A DNA stretch of 64,000 nucleotides from a virus (Duplodnaviria > Heunggongvirae > Uroviricota > Caudoviricetes). Under the pieces are notes generated by a model. That model did no database searches, was not told the origin of the DNA, and saw only the letters and a program-made list of their open reading frames with translations. The position numbers and the translations under genes are program-made. Below are positions 1 through 10,113 of this stretch, piece by piece (position 1 is the first letter of the stretch; each line of letters opens with the position of its first letter). The DNA lies in IMG/VR virus record IMGVR_UViG_3300030294_000676. One strand, given 5' to 3'.

Positions 1-617
1 CCATATTTGTGTTTAATCAAATATCTTAGATACAATTTATTTTTTCCTTTATAGTTACTAAGTTCAGTATCTCCTTGAGTTATGTCCAAAAATACGTTAG
101 TCGCATACACGTCATTTTTATTATACTCTAGAACTGCTGCAATTTGACTTGCATCAATCCATTCAGTATGTTCAAATGGCATATCGGCGACTAAGGGTAA
201 ATTCATAGCTACTTCAAGATTTTTCAGTGAAGTTGCTTTGGCGACATTATCAAAATGCCATATTTTAAACAAATCAATTTGTTTGATATGTTTATTCCAT
301 TCAGCTACAGCTGAAAATTGAGTAGCAATTATTTCTTGTGATTTTGTATATATCTTTTGAGATAATTCATAACCACTTAAAAATTGATACTCATCGTAGT
401 GATTAATGAGATGATGAAGAATTGGATAATCATAACTATCGTTATTAAATCCAATCATTATCATATCTTTCTCACGACGAAGATGTGCTATAAAAGCAAT
501 GTAATCATTACGAGAACTATGAATTACGAATTGATGATAATCTTTTGTTTGTCTACAGTAACCTGTATAAGTAAATAAATTACTTAAACATTCGATATCA
601 TACACTTCACTTATCAT
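1..617 (-). CDS. Family A (T7 gp5-like) DNA polymerase, N-terminal 3'-5' exonuclease domain; partial, continues beyond the window start
   Basis: Not in the ORF track. Minus-strand ATG at 615-617 overlaps the TGA of the upstream gene (ATGA). Translation MISEVYDIECLSN... carries Exo I (DIE), Exo II (GFNNDSYDYPIL) and Exo III (YNKNDVYATNVFL), matching T7 gp5 (MIVSDIEANAL / YDVPAL / YNVQDVVVT). Confidence 0.7.
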   Translation of the reverse strand, partial: MISEVYDIECLSNLFTYTGYCRQTKDYHQFVIHSSRNDYIAFIAHLRREKDMIMIGFNNDSYDYPILHHLINHYDEYQFLSGYELSQKIYTKSQEIIATQFSAVAEWNKHIKQIDLFKIWHFDNVAKATSLKNLEVAMNLPLVADMPFEHTEWIDASQIAAVLEYNKNDVYATNVFLDITQGDTELSNYKGKNKLYLRYLIKHKY

Positions 618-862
618 TCTCTCACAATCATTTTAAAATCATCGAAATCTGGGCTAACTTCCCAATAATCCCATAATTCATTAAATGTACCGAAATCATC
701 AGATAAAAAATCTACAGTTTCAATAACCCAAACTTCTTTTTCTTCATAGTGGTAAACAAATCCTATAACGTCATTGCTTTCATTCAAAATAAGGAGAATT
801 CCGTAGAACTCTCCTTTTTGAACATCATCCACTAACTCTTTAGTTATGATTCTACTTGTCAT
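614..862 (-). CDS. hypothetical protein (82 aa)
   Basis: ORF track. Ends in TGA. Tightly packed in the minus-strand operon. Confidence 0.55.
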   Translation of the reverse strand: MTSRIITKELVDDVQKGEFYGILLILNESNDVIGFVYHYEEKEVWVIETVDFLSDDFGTFNELWDYWEVSPDFDDFKMIVRE

Positions 863-1098
863 GATTCAATTAGTCTATAAGTATATTGAGGATTATCTCT
901 AATAAGAGTTTCTAAACTAGAATCAGAATCTTTCCATTCTGTTCCAATTATTAAAGACCAATCACAATCTATATATTCAATAAATCCAACCATGTTATTA
1001 TCAAGATATACAATAATCATTTTATTAGGTCCAGGTTCAATAAGATTTGGATAAATATGACTATTAGTTGCTTCTGGTAATACAATTGCTCTTTCCAT
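859..1098 (-). CDS. hypothetical protein (79 aa)
   Basis: ORF track. ATGA overlap with the downstream gene. Confidence 0.55.
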   Translation of the reverse strand: MERAIVLPEATNSHIYPNLIEPGPNKMIIVYLDNNMVGFIEYIDCDWSLIIGTEWKDSDSSLETLIRDNPQYTYRLIES

Positions 1099-1101
1099 TT
1101 T

Positions 1102-1953
1102 TTATAATTTAAATCCTTTAAACTCAGCTACTGATTCGATTTCCTCCATTCTTTTTTCCCATGCTGAAATATGATCTTTAACAGTTTCTTCAAGGCTAAA
1201 TAAGATTCTATATCTTAAAGTTTCCAATTGATGAGTTGTTAGATCCATATATTTTTTATTAGGTTTAATATTAAGCATTGCTCGCATTTGTGTATAGTTC
1301 AAACCTTTAGAGTTAATATACAATTTCTCAATGTCTTTAATATTCAAACGTTCTCTAATAACTTCTAATCGATCTCTAGTTTCACCAGCTTCAGATTCTG
1401 CAAGTTCTTTAGATTCAGAGGGAGTCAACCAGATTCCTTGTTTAAGGATGAATGTTCTAGTTATGTGTTTTTTATTAAAAGTACCTAATCGATCAAGACA
1501 TCCGTCTATAATCATACTCAATGGAATTTTTGTAAATTCATTAGGTACACCCGAAAATACATCGCCTACCACAGGTTTGTAATTCTTAAAGGCTTCTTTG
1601 TTGTTTTTTAGGAATTCATTTATTGATCCTAATAGTGTAAAACGACTTAAATTATTTTTTTGATCAACATATCTCAAAAACAGTTCAGCTCCACACTTAT
1701 CTTTCTGGTCTGCAATTGTTTCTAAAACTACATATCTACCAGGATTTTGAATATCCTTGTTAAATAGCATAGTTTTACAATGGTCATAACATTCATTCAG
1801 TTCATATTCAATCATAGCCGTTAATTTCTTTTCGGTTTGTTTGTATTTTCCCTGTTCATCAAGAACTTTATTACCTTTCCAAATAAACGTATTAATGTCT
1901 ACTTGTTTTTTACCAATCGCTTCTTTCATTTTTTCTTCTATCAATGTACTCAT
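1102..1953 (-). CDS. hypothetical protein (283 aa)
   Basis: Long uninterrupted minus-strand ORF. No motif recognised. Confidence 0.6.
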   Translation of the reverse strand: MSTLIEEKMKEAIGKKQVDINTFIWKGNKVLDEQGKYKQTEKKLTAMIEYELNECYDHCKTMLFNKDIQNPGRYVVLETIADQKDKCGAELFLRYVDQKNNLSRFTLLGSINEFLKNNKEAFKNYKPVVGDVFSGVPNEFTKIPLSMIIDGCLDRLGTFNKKHITRTFILKQGIWLTPSESKELAESEAGETRDRLEVIRERLNIKDIEKLYINSKGLNYTQMRAMLNIKPNKKYMDLTTHQLETLRYRILFSLEETVKDHISAWEKRMEEIESVAEFKGFKL

Positions 1954-1956
1954 ATC

Positions 1957-2253
1957 TTACAATATTATTTCTTTATTTTTTAAAACATCTGTTTTATTTA
2001 CAAAATTCAAGAAATAAATACTGGAGTATTTATAAACCATTCGTTCTCCTTCCGGAGTAACATATTCATCACCCGCCTCAACAACTTGATAATTAACAAA
2101 GCCTTTATCCCCAACACTTATTTCTGGAACTTGCCAGTTAGGGGGTTTTGCACACATAATATATTCATGAGATTTAAAATCTTTAAAAACATATGTTGTA
2201 TATGTACCCTCTCTAACTGCTACTAATTCAACATACTTTACTTGTTCTACCAC
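1957..2253 (-). CDS. hypothetical protein (98 aa; probable GTG start)
   Basis: ORF track. The first codon appears to be GTG. Confidence 0.5.
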   Translation of the reverse strand: MVEQVKYVELVAVREGTYTTYVFKDFKSHEYIMCAKPPNWQVPEISVGDKGFVNYQVVEAGDEYVTPEGERMVYKYSSIYFLNFVNKTDVLKNKEIIL

Positions 2254-2428
2254 ACTGCTTCATCATCATCATCGTAAAAAAAGTCATCTTCATCAATAAT
2301 TAGATCTTTTTCTTCTTTAATAATGTGAGTAGGGTTTGCAGTTTTATAGTCATTTAATTCTTTATCAGAATTAAAATTAAGTACATCGAGTAGTTCCTCT
2401 TCTTCATTTAATACTAAATAGTTCATAT

Positions 2429-2932
2429 TTAATCTAAAAGTTCAAGAATCTTCTCAGCACGGACGTAGATATCGGCTTTTTCTTCAATAATGGTTTTAGC
2501 CATTCTTGAAACGTTTTCTTCTTCAATTTGTTCTTTGATCAATTTATCATATAACCATGAAGCAGTCATAAAATCTTTTTCAGCTAACGCAGCTTCATAA
2601 ATAGCATAAATCAGTTGTGTAGTCAAGATTTCTCTATCAACAGTTTGTGAAAATGGTACTTCATAAGATTCAAATTTCTCAGTGTTTAGTTCTACAGCAG
2701 GATATGTGAATTTATAATCAGCTTCTGACAGATAATCCATTATCCATTGGTGGTGATTTTTTTCTTCAGCTGCACGTTTTCTATAATATTCTTCTAAATC
2801 AGTAACACCTTCTACACTAAAATAATTAGCAAAACTCATATATAAATTGAAATTTTTCAATTCATGAGCTACTTGCTTTATTAATAATGTACCGAGGGTA
2901 TCGCTAATCAGACTTAGTTTTCTGTTTGGCAT
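2429..2932 (-). CDS. ferritin-like iron-storage protein
   Basis: EEKNHHQWIMDYL and WLYDKLIKEQIEEE resemble the bacterial ferritin FtnA di-iron site motifs (AQEEMTHMQRLFDYL; WYVSEQHEEE). Confidence 0.7.
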   Translation of the reverse strand: MPNRKLSLISDTLGTLLIKQVAHELKNFNLYMSFANYFSVEGVTDLEEYYRKRAAEEKNHHQWIMDYLSEADYKFTYPAVELNTEKFESYEVPFSQTVDREILTTQLIYAIYEAALAEKDFMTASWLYDKLIKEQIEEENVSRMAKTIIEEKADIYVRAEKILELLD

Positions 2933-3248
2933 TACCTTTAACCTTTACATTGTTTGTAACTTTCTCATCTTTTTTAGGTTTGGTATATCTTGTAAAACCA
3001 TTATCTATTAGCCATTGTTCAGGAGCCGCAAATAGTTCCGAACAAATTTGAATATGTGGAGTCTTCCAAAAAGATTCAACTACTCCATTAATTTCTCTAG
3101 GGTTAGAGAAATATTTTTGATTACAAAGTGCAAAGTAATCTTTATGATAAAGATATACACTTGATTCATAAACAAATAACCCAGATGGTTCAACCAAAAT
3201 AGTTAAATCATCCTTTATATAAGTTACATATTCAATAGACTTTTTCAT
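2904..3248 (-). CDS. hypothetical protein (114 aa)
   Basis: ORF track. Confidence 0.5.
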   Translation of the reverse strand: MKKSIEYVTYIKDDLTILVEPSGLFVYESSVYLYHKDYFALCNQKYFSNPREINGVVESFWKTPHIQICSELFAAPEQWLIDNGFTRYTKPKKDEKVTNNVKVKGNAKQKTKSD

Positions 3249-3820
3249 TAAAGAATTTTTGTGATAATTCCGTATGCTAGTGCTTCTTCAGCACTCATCC
3301 ATTTGTCACGATCACAATCTTTTTCAACTTGTTCGTAAGTTTGTCCCGTTCTTTCAGAAATAATATTATATAATTCTGTCTTAAGTAATAACATTTCTTC
3401 AAGTGTAATTTTGATATCAGATACTTGACCATCAGCACCACCAGATGGTTGATGAATCATAAATCTTGTACGTTTAGTAGCACAACGTTCTGTACCCATA
3501 AGTACTAATGGAACTCCCATAGAACAACATTTACCCATAGCTACAGTTCTAATAGGAGCTGAAATTTTTTCAGCAATATCATATATACCTAATCCATCAT
3601 ATACACTTCCACCATAAGTATTAATATAAATATTAATTGGTTTTACCTTGTCTAATGAATCAAGGTATAACATTTGAGCAATAATGCCATTTGCTAAGTC
3701 TTCATCAATAACCCCATCAATAAAAATAATTCTTTCTTGTACCAATTTTGAAAATACATCCATTACTGCTACGTTCTTAGGTCTTTCCTCTACAATTGTT
3801 CTAATCCCACTTCCTCTCAT
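3248..3820 (-). CDS. clpP: ATP-dependent Clp protease proteolytic subunit ClpP
   Basis: AMGKCCSMGVPLVLMG (catalytic Ser context) and IHQP (catalytic His), about 190 aa, typical ClpP/S14 peptidase layout. Confidence 0.8.
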   Translation of the reverse strand: MRGSGIRTIVEERPKNVAVMDVFSKLVQERIIFIDGVIDEDLANGIIAQMLYLDSLDKVKPINIYINTYGGSVYDGLGIYDIAEKISAPIRTVAMGKCCSMGVPLVLMGTERCATKRTRFMIHQPSGGADGQVSDIKITLEEMLLLKTELYNIISERTGQTYEQVEKDCDRDKWMSAEEALAYGIITKIL

Positions 3821-3825
3821 TTTTT

Positions 3826-4236
3826 CTAATCTTCTTTAAAATGTGATGCCTCTACAGCGAGTACATCACAAAGTTCATTATATTTATTTCCTTCGTGCCC
3901 TTTAACATGGGACCATGTAATATTCATTCCTTCAACAGCTTTATCCAATTCTGCTAATAGTTCTTTGTTTTTATTTCGTTTATTACCTAAACTAATAGCA
4001 CCGATAACATACATAGAATCACATAACATAGTTATTTCAGTATATCCAACACTTTTACACCATAAACAAGCTTCTAATGCAGCCATTATTTCAGCAACAT
4101 TATTAGTTCCTCCTGTTATAGGAAAAAATGCTGAATGAATTTTAATTTCGTCTTTTACAACAACAAATGCCCATCCTCCTTGATTTCTTGCAGAAGAATA
4201 AGCTCCGTCAGCATATACCAATATTTTACTCATCAA
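3826..4236 (-). CDS. rnhA: Ribonuclease HI
   Basis: DEDD residues present in VYADGAYS, NNVAEIMAALEA, CDSMYVIG and HVKGHEGNKYNELCDVLA. 136 aa. Confidence 0.75.
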   Translation of the reverse strand: MMSKILVYADGAYSSARNQGGWAFVVVKDEIKIHSAFFPITGGTNNVAEIMAALEACLWCKSVGYTEITMLCDSMYVIGAISLGNKRNKNKELLAELDKAVEGMNITWSHVKGHEGNKYNELCDVLAVEASHFKED

Positions 4237-4629
4237 TTACCAATCAATATTAATCATATACTCACCCGCTTCAATTAACCCTCTTTCATAAAGATCGTTT
4301 ACAATTGTTTCAATATGTGGATAAAAGTTTCTTTCCCACCATAAATCATTTTGACCTTTATAAGATTCAGGATGAAGTTCATTTATTTCTTCAACTGTAG
4401 TATTTAACCAAGTATCAAAAGAAACACCCATTTCATCACCATTTATTTCAAATTCTAATGAAGTATTTTCATAATAATCGGGTTCTCTTACAGGTATTGT
4501 TATATAATCTACTCCTCTACTTTTACAACCATCTTGTTGTTGAAACATATAAGGTTTTCCGTAAGTTTCTCTAATTAATCTATCAAGATCATATGAATTA
4601 ATTATTTTCTTTGTTTCGTATCTTAACAT
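4237..4629 (-). CDS. hypothetical protein (130 aa)
   Basis: ORF track. Confidence 0.55.
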   Translation of the reverse strand: MLRYETKKIINSYDLDRLIRETYGKPYMFQQQDGCKSRGVDYITIPVREPDYYENTSLEFEINGDEMGVSFDTWLNTTVEEINELHPESYKGQNDLWWERNFYPHIETIVNDLYERGLIEAGEYMINIDW

Positions 4630-4630
4630 G

Positions 4631-4945
4631 CTAAATTGTTTTTAAAGATTCTTGTAAAGCATCTTCTAATGCATCTTCATAATCTTCAAAGTCTTCTCCA
4701 TATATACCATCAGGTAATTGTTGGTGAGGTGTTGTTATATTATACATCCAAGATTCTTGAGAACAAGAATAAATTGTAATATGTATTTTATGTTTTTCTC
4801 TTAACCATCTTTGTAAAAGAGATTGAGGTGCATCATCATACACTAATGTAGGATGATATGGATCAAAAAATCCTTTTTCTTTAGCCAATACAGCAGTTTC
4901 AAAACTTATTGGCTCTTCTTCCATTAAAAATTCTTCATCTTCCAT
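4631..4945 (-). CDS. hypothetical protein (104 aa)
   Basis: ORF track. Confidence 0.55.
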   Translation of the reverse strand: MEDEEFLMEEEPISFETAVLAKEKGFFDPYHPTLVYDDAPQSLLQRWLREKHKIHITIYSCSQESWMYNITTPHQQLPDGIYGEDFEDYEDALEDALQESLKTI

Positions 4946-5035
4946 AACTATCTGTCAGCTTGTGAAAGTAACCACACAAGTCCTAAAATAACTCCTGTGA
5001 ATACTCCACCTATAAATGTTAGTAATAATCCCATA

Positions 5036-5896
5036 TTAATTAATTTTTTCATTACTGAAACTACTTGGATAAATACTCATATCTTTAAGATCTAAGAATT
5101 TACTCATAATTTCGGGTTCATATAAACTTATCTTTATATTGTGATCACCATCTTTAAGATAAGGATAGAAATTTGCACCAAATGCTATTTTACTCGCGTC
5201 TTCTGGTAACTGAGTTACAAGATAATCCCAATCAATTTCTTTATGAGGAGCACGTCCTACATTACCATAAGGAAGAAGTACAAAGTAATCAACTTTATCT
5301 TTCCACTCATTATAAATTTTAACAAAATCATCAATTGATTGTTTATCAGAAATTATATGATGAAAATTAAGTTTAATTCCATTTCCCACATAAAGTTTTG
5401 CTGCATTATCCCAATATTTTTTCAAATGTGGATGACAACTTATAGCAACTCCTCCACAATATTGTTTTGTAGCATTTAATAAATTTGCTTGTTCTTGAGG
5501 ATTAAATTCATCTAAATGATACCACATACCATTAGTAGTATAATTTGGAGTAATATCAAACTCTTCCTTACAAACTCTCATCAATTCAACAAAATCAGGA
5601 TGTGAAGTTGGTTCTCCACCACCAAATGCTATTTGAAAAGGTAATTGTTCTTTTGAAACATTACTGAAGAAAGTTTTAAATTTATCAACAATATTCTCAT
5701 AATGAGTTTCTTTCTTACTATCCATATAACACCACGGACATTCACCCTCACAATTTCCAGTAACTTTTACATCATAAAATTCTGGATACTTCAACTCAGT
5801 AATAGGTTTACTTGGATCAATTGCAAAACGAATTGTTTTACCATTACACCAAATAGCTCTATAATTAGCATCTTCTTCTTTTCTTCTTTTAATCAT
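5036..5896 (-). CDS. radical SAM domain protein
   Basis: CEGECPWC (Cx3Cx2C) followed by GGGEP. Subfamily not resolvable by eye (NrdG-like or QueE-like). Confidence 0.7.
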   Translation of the reverse strand: MIKRRKEEDANYRAIWCNGKTIRFAIDPSKPITELKYPEFYDVKVTGNCEGECPWCYMDSKKETHYENIVDKFKTFFSNVSKEQLPFQIAFGGGEPTSHPDFVELMRVCKEEFDITPNYTTNGMWYHLDEFNPQEQANLLNATKQYCGGVAISCHPHLKKYWDNAAKLYVGNGIKLNFHHIISDKQSIDDFVKIYNEWKDKVDYFVLLPYGNVGRAPHKEIDWDYLVTQLPEDASKIAFGANFYPYLKDGDHNIKISLYEPEIMSKFLDLKDMSIYPSSFSNEKIN

Positions 5897-6371
5897 AATG
5901 TTCAGCTGATTCAGAACTGTTTAAAAAACGTAATAATTTATCACACAATGGTTGGTAAATAGGATCTTTAGCCACAATATATAAGTTAGAATCAGCATAA
6001 CTATCATCTCTAACATATTCTTCAACTCTAGTCATCCATTCAGGTTTATCAACTCGATTATGTAATATATCTTCAATGATAGCTTTTACATAATCATAAG
6101 GAGTCAATGTACCTCTAGGAATATTTATACATTCCTCATAAGTAAATTCACCTATTTCATTATGATCTTCAAAAGTATCAATATATCTGTAAGAATCTAA
6201 AAAGACTCCGGCAATCATTATATCATCAAATTTTTCACCATGATTAAGTACTGATAACATCTCATTTATTAATTCTTTCAAAGGTCCAATACATCCATCA
6301 TGAAATGTATATATTGTAGTTGATGAATTAGTAATAAGATCAACTGCACTGTGTATTTTTATTTCAAACAT
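5889..6371 (-). CDS. hypothetical protein (160 aa)
   Basis: ORF track. Confidence 0.55.
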   Translation of the reverse strand: MFEIKIHSAVDLITNSSTTIYTFHDGCIGPLKELINEMLSVLNHGEKFDDIMIAGVFLDSYRYIDTFEDHNEIGEFTYEECINIPRGTLTPYDYVKAIIEDILHNRVDKPEWMTRVEEYVRDDSYADSNLYIVAKDPIYQPLCDKLLRFLNSSESAEHYD

Positions 6372-6674
6372 TTATAATATATTTATATAAGGTAAATATT
6401 GTTTTGCTTTTTGTAATAATTCAGGTTTCTTTTCCATAGTAGCCATTACGGTTATTAAAGATTCTGCTCCAAATTCATTTACAATTATTTGAACTGCTCG
6501 TAATAAAGCATATCCTTCTGCTTCACTTTTAATAACTGCTCTAAAAGTTAACTCTTCAACCATAGGATATGTTATAGGTTTTAAAGTTCCTGTACCTTGA
6601 ATTGCTTCTGATGCAGGTATTTTTGCAACGGGTAATTGAATCCCGTCTGTATTTATATTTGTATTCTCATCCAT
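6372..6674 (-). CDS. hypothetical protein (100 aa)
   Basis: ORF track. Confidence 0.55.
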   Translation of the reverse strand: MDENTNINTDGIQLPVAKIPASEAIQGTGTLKPITYPMVEELTFRAVIKSEAEGYALLRAVQIIVNEFGAESLITVMATMEKKPELLQKAKQYLPYINIL

Positions 6675-6679
6675 AATTT

Positions 6680-6716
6680 TTTAATAAAAAAGGAAGGAGT
6701 ATTACCCCTTCCTTAA
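6680..6716 (-). terminator. intrinsic terminator-like hairpin
   Basis: aaggaagg-agtattacc-ccttcctt (6690..6714) immediately after the stop of 6724..6927, followed on the minus strand by a U-rich tract. Confidence 0.5.
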
Positions 6717-6723
6717 ATAATTT

Positions 6724-6927
6724 TTAATTTTCACATTTCAAGATTTTTAAAATCTCACAGTCTTCAATAACATAAGTATCCATCACATCACTTGTAGGCT
6801 TACCTAAAGTTTCGAGATAATGTTTTCTTATTTTATTTCGTTCTTCCATAAGTATTAATTCAATAACTTTTACTAAAGGAATTTTTACATAGTCTTCAGT
6901 CATATTATTAAATTTTATACGTTTCAT
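6724..6927 (-). CDS. hypothetical protein (67 aa)
   Basis: ORF track. Confidence 0.5.
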   Translation of the reverse strand: MKRIKFNNMTEDYVKIPLVKVIELILMEERNKIRKHYLETLGKPTSDVMDTYVIEDCEILKILKCEN

Positions 6928-7234
6928 AAATTGCTAACGTACTTCCTGCTGCAGCTGAAATTGCCATAAAAGATGAAATAGAGTTTGTTTCAAAAGCTTC
7001 ACCACCTTCTTGAGATGATGATGCTGGAAATAATTGAACTTCATAATCAGTTGGAGATACAATAGAATAAGCTCCTTTTAAAGGAATTTTCTTCAAATAA
7101 ATTATATTCGGACTGGTATTTTGAAATCTAACATTAACTCTTTTTCTATTTTTTTCGACTACAATTGTAGCAGTAGTTCCTATTGTAATTGGGCTTGCCA
7201 TAATTTTAATTTTTTTTAAAATTATTTTAAACAA
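6908..7234 (-). CDS. hypothetical protein (108 aa)
   Basis: ORF track. Confidence 0.5.
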   Translation of the reverse strand: MFKIILKKIKIMASPITIGTTATIVVEKNRKRVNVRFQNTSPNIIYLKKIPLKGAYSIVSPTDYEVQLFPASSSQEGGEAFETNSISSFMAISAAAGSTLAIYETYKI

Positions 7235-8012
7235 CAGCAGTAGGAGTAAAGTGAGCTAAAATCGTACTTAATAGATATTGATTTTGTTCGTTATTACTTA
7301 CTTTACCGTTTGCAGTAGCAAGTTGATCACGTAAACTTTGAACATTCAAATCATTAATTAATGCACGAGTTGCTCCACCATCAGCAGCAATTGCTGATTT
7401 TATTTCACAACAGCATTGAGCCATTGCCATTGCATTAGCTGTACCTTGTGATATAATTTGATTTGTAGCGTTTTGATTTTGCATTGCTGCTCCATTAAAA
7501 CCTTGTAATGTTGTAGTTGTTAAATTATTAAATGAATTTAATTGTTGTAACTGACCTTGATTACTTTGTGCAGTAATATCACGACCTAAATCGTTAATTC
7601 CTTGCAAAGTAGTAAATGCTGATGTAGCTTGTGCTGTAGAAAGATTAGCTACCGAATTTAAAATGTCAGCAGAACTATTATCTATAGCGCTGTTAACTCT
7701 ACGAAATTCACTATTCAAGATACTATTTAAGTCACCAGAAGCAACTTGAGATCCTAAATTAGTAATTTGTGTTTGTAATGATTGAAAAGCAGGATTAAGA
7801 ACAACGTCAGTTGCTACAGCTGTTGCTGCAGGAGCTGCTCCGTATCCATTACCACCCCAACCACCACGATTGCCGAATAAACCACCTGCTAATGCTCCAC
7901 CAAGACCACCAGCTAAAAGTCCACCAAGAACTCCACCTCCAACGCCTAAACCTGCGCCAGATCCTCCTCCGAAATTAGGCATCGGAGTTGTGCCATCTAA
8001 TGTAAGTGCCAT
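7227..8012 (-). CDS. hypothetical Gly-rich / Gln-Asn-Ser-rich protein (261 aa)
   Basis: N-terminal about 60 aa is nearly pure Gly/Ala/Leu (GGGSGAGLGVGGGVLGGLLAGG...). Then a Q/N/S/T-rich region and an unusual QCCCEIK motif. Confidence 0.55.
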   Translation of the reverse strand: MALTLDGTTPMPNFGGGSGAGLGVGGGVLGGLLAGGLGGALAGGLFGNRGGWGGNGYGAAPAATAVATDVVLNPAFQSLQTQITNLGSQVASGDLNSILNSEFRRVNSAIDNSSADILNSVANLSTAQATSAFTTLQGINDLGRDITAQSNQGQLQQLNSFNNLTTTTLQGFNGAAMQNQNATNQIISQGTANAMAMAQCCCEIKSAIAADGGATRALINDLNVQSLRDQLATANGKVSNNEQNQYLLSTILAHFTPTAVV

Positions 8013-8094
8013 AATAAAAAAATATTAAATTGTTTGTAAAACTGAAATCTAGCTAGAACTTCAATACAAAAATAATATTTTTTAATGATAAATA

Positions 8095-8397
8095 TTAATG
8101 AATTTTTTCATCATTTAACTTGATGATTTCCAATGACTTACGTAAATCTGATAAATAGTATTCTTTTTCTTTAAAACCTTTTCGCTTTCTTGGTTCTTTA
8201 ATTACTCCAGAATCTTTTAATTCATGAAATTTAGTTAGTGACACTCCTAAAAATTTTGCTGCATCTTCTCGTCCAACAGTTTCAGGTTTATGAATCATTT
8301 CAGATAACATTTCCAATTCTTGTGGTGTTATGTTATCACAATTACCACTTCTACACATGGTTAATGCTTCAACAAGAAGTTTTTCTAATACTCCCAT
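8095..8397 (-). CDS. helix-turn-helix DNA-binding protein
   Basis: AAKFLGVSLTKFHELKDSGVI resembles MerR/excisionase-type HTH. Confidence 0.5.
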   Translation of the reverse strand: MGVLEKLLVEALTMCRSGNCDNITPQELEMLSEMIHKPETVGREDAAKFLGVSLTKFHELKDSGVIKEPRKRKGFKEKEYYLSDLRKSLEIIKLNDEKIH

Positions 8398-8743
8398 TTT
8401 TTATAAAAATTATTAATGCTAATATAGATGATAAACTAGTAATTAGTAACATCATCCGTATTGTCATTAAATTTGATGTTAATTTAAATAAAGTATTAAT
8501 CCAAGTAAAACTTGCAACCAATAATAAGTTAATTATTAATACTCTATGCCATAAACAAAATTTAAATATCTTTGAAAGAGAATATAATAAAATTCCCGTA
8601 ATGATAGAACTTGAAAATGGATAAAATATTTTTACTATATTAATTTCAAATAATGCAAAAATGAGTGAAATTATTATACAAAATGTTGAAAGAATTGGAA
8701 TACATCTTACTAAATTAATACAAAACTTAAATTTATTATCCAT
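8369..8743 (-). CDS. small multi-pass membrane protein (124 aa)
   Basis: Three to four hydrophobic segments. Confidence 0.5.
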   Translation of the reverse strand: MDNKFKFCINLVRCIPILSTFCIIISLIFALFEINIVKIFYPFSSSIITGILLYSLSKIFKFCLWHRVLIINLLLVASFTWINTLFKLTSNLMTIRMMLLITSLSSILALIIFIKNGSIRKTSC

Positions 8744-8833
8744 TAATTAACAGGAGTTATTGGAGGTACTGGATTTGGATCAATATCGGTATCAGTATTT
8801 GGATTTTCTATGTTTAGTTTAAAGTTTTTCATT

Positions 8834-9520
8834 TTATGAATTGTGTTTTTTAATTTTTCTATTTTTCATTATCTCTTTGATTTCATCCCAAGAATATGGA
8901 CGAAATTCTTCCCAATCTATACCAATATCCATTCTACGATATTTAGTATTTAATTCTTTATCATCAAATCTATGATGATTGTGACCATGTAAATGATATG
9001 ATCCTGTAAGATCCATCTCATACCATTCTTCAAAAGCATAGTGGGATAAGATTATAGTTTTCTTTTCAATTTTTAATTCAAGATATTTATCTACAGAAGT
9101 AAATAAATCTTGAGCTCTAACAGGATTAAGTGGATCTATAAAAGTTGCATCTTCAATATAATCATTTTGTATAGTATCACACCCATCTATTTTTACAACT
9201 TTAGTAACCCAATGACAATTAGGAAGAATTTTATTTTTCTTGATATGGTCATCGTGATTTCCGAGAATTAAATGAAAATTTTTACATTTGATTCTCTTAC
9301 GAAAATTCCAAATGTTTTCAATTCCTCCAAAACTTACATCACCATCGTGATACAATTCATCATCCTCCATAACATATTTGTTAATTGAGTTAACTACGGC
9401 ATCCGTCATTTCTTCAAGTGTTGGAAAATCACGACAACTAATGTCTTTATCGTCCCAAGTAGAGACACCTTTTGTTATATTCTTATGATACGCATGTGTA
9501 TCGCTTGTAAACCAAATCAT
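8834..9520 (-). CDS. calcineurin-like metallophosphoesterase
   Basis: IWFTSDTHAYH ... GDVSFGG ... GNHDDH motifs. Confidence 0.7.
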   Translation of the reverse strand: MIWFTSDTHAYHKNITKGVSTWDDKDISCRDFPTLEEMTDAVVNSINKYVMEDDELYHDGDVSFGGIENIWNFRKRIKCKNFHLILGNHDDHIKKNKILPNCHWVTKVVKIDGCDTIQNDYIEDATFIDPLNPVRAQDLFTSVDKYLELKIEKKTIILSHYAFEEWYEMDLTGSYHLHGHNHHRFDDKELNTKYRRMDIGIDWEEFRPYSWDEIKEIMKNRKIKKHNS

Positions 9521-9530
9521 CTTATTTCTT

Positions 9531-9878
9531 TTATTTACTAATTAAATAATCGTACAATTTTTCTGCGGTAGATAAATTAATATCATCTTCTTCTCCAGTA
9601 TCTTTATTCAAACACTTAATCATTCCAGGCTGCCACTCTTTTCCGAAATCTAAATCATACATAAAATACTCAATATCTTCTTCATCAAATAATAAAATTT
9701 TTAATAAATCTGTTAATGCGCAGATTATGCCATTATTTTTAGGATATCCTTGACCATCTTCAAATATTTCTTCAAGTAATTTATTTACTTTTCGATCATG
9801 TTCAAATTGTTCATAAATTATACTCATAATCTCAATAAATTTCTCTTTATTTAATAATATTGGATTTATTACTTTCAT
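9531..9878 (-). CDS. hypothetical protein (115 aa)
   Basis: ORF track. Confidence 0.55.
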   Translation of the reverse strand: MKVINPILLNKEKFIEIMSIIYEQFEHDRKVNKLLEEIFEDGQGYPKNNGIICALTDLLKILLFDEEDIEYFMYDLDFGKEWQPGMIKCLNKDTGEEDDINLSTAEKLYDYLISK

Positions 9879-10113
9879 TATTTCTCTTTTTATATAAATA
9901 TTTATTACAACGTTTACAGTAATATGTATGAAATGCTTTACTATTTAATGGATTAATATAATCCTTTATATAAGTTTCAACATGTGAACAACTATTTTGA
10001 AACGCCAATCTTCTATGTATTACTTTACTTGTAAACTGTTCATGTAATTCACAAGATTTTTTATACTCAAATTCCATTTCAATGATGTCTTGTAATTCTT
10101 TGTCTTCTTCCAT
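9847..10113 (-). CDS. hypothetical Cys/His-containing protein (88 aa)
   Basis: ORF track. CSHV ... CKRCNKY. Confidence 0.5.
   Translation of the reverse strand: MEEDKELQDIIEMEFEYKKSCELHEQFTSKVIHRRLAFQNSCSHVETYIKDYINPLNSKAFHTYYCKRCNKYLYKKRNNESNKSNIIK

Noticed and set aside
384-578. Plus-strand ORFs in the track (384..578, 1331..1582, 5702..5962, 8238..8624, 47347..47727 and similar)
   Set aside because: They lie antisense to long, well-supported minus-strand genes, are low-complexity (typical AT-rich antisense frames), and no plus-strand gene organisation exists anywhere in the window.
7227-8012. Gly-rich protein as a colicin/bacteriocin
   Set aside because: Only the compositional Gly-rich tract resembles colicin translocation domains. 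No receptor-binding, nuclease or pore domain is recognisable, and there is no immunity gene.
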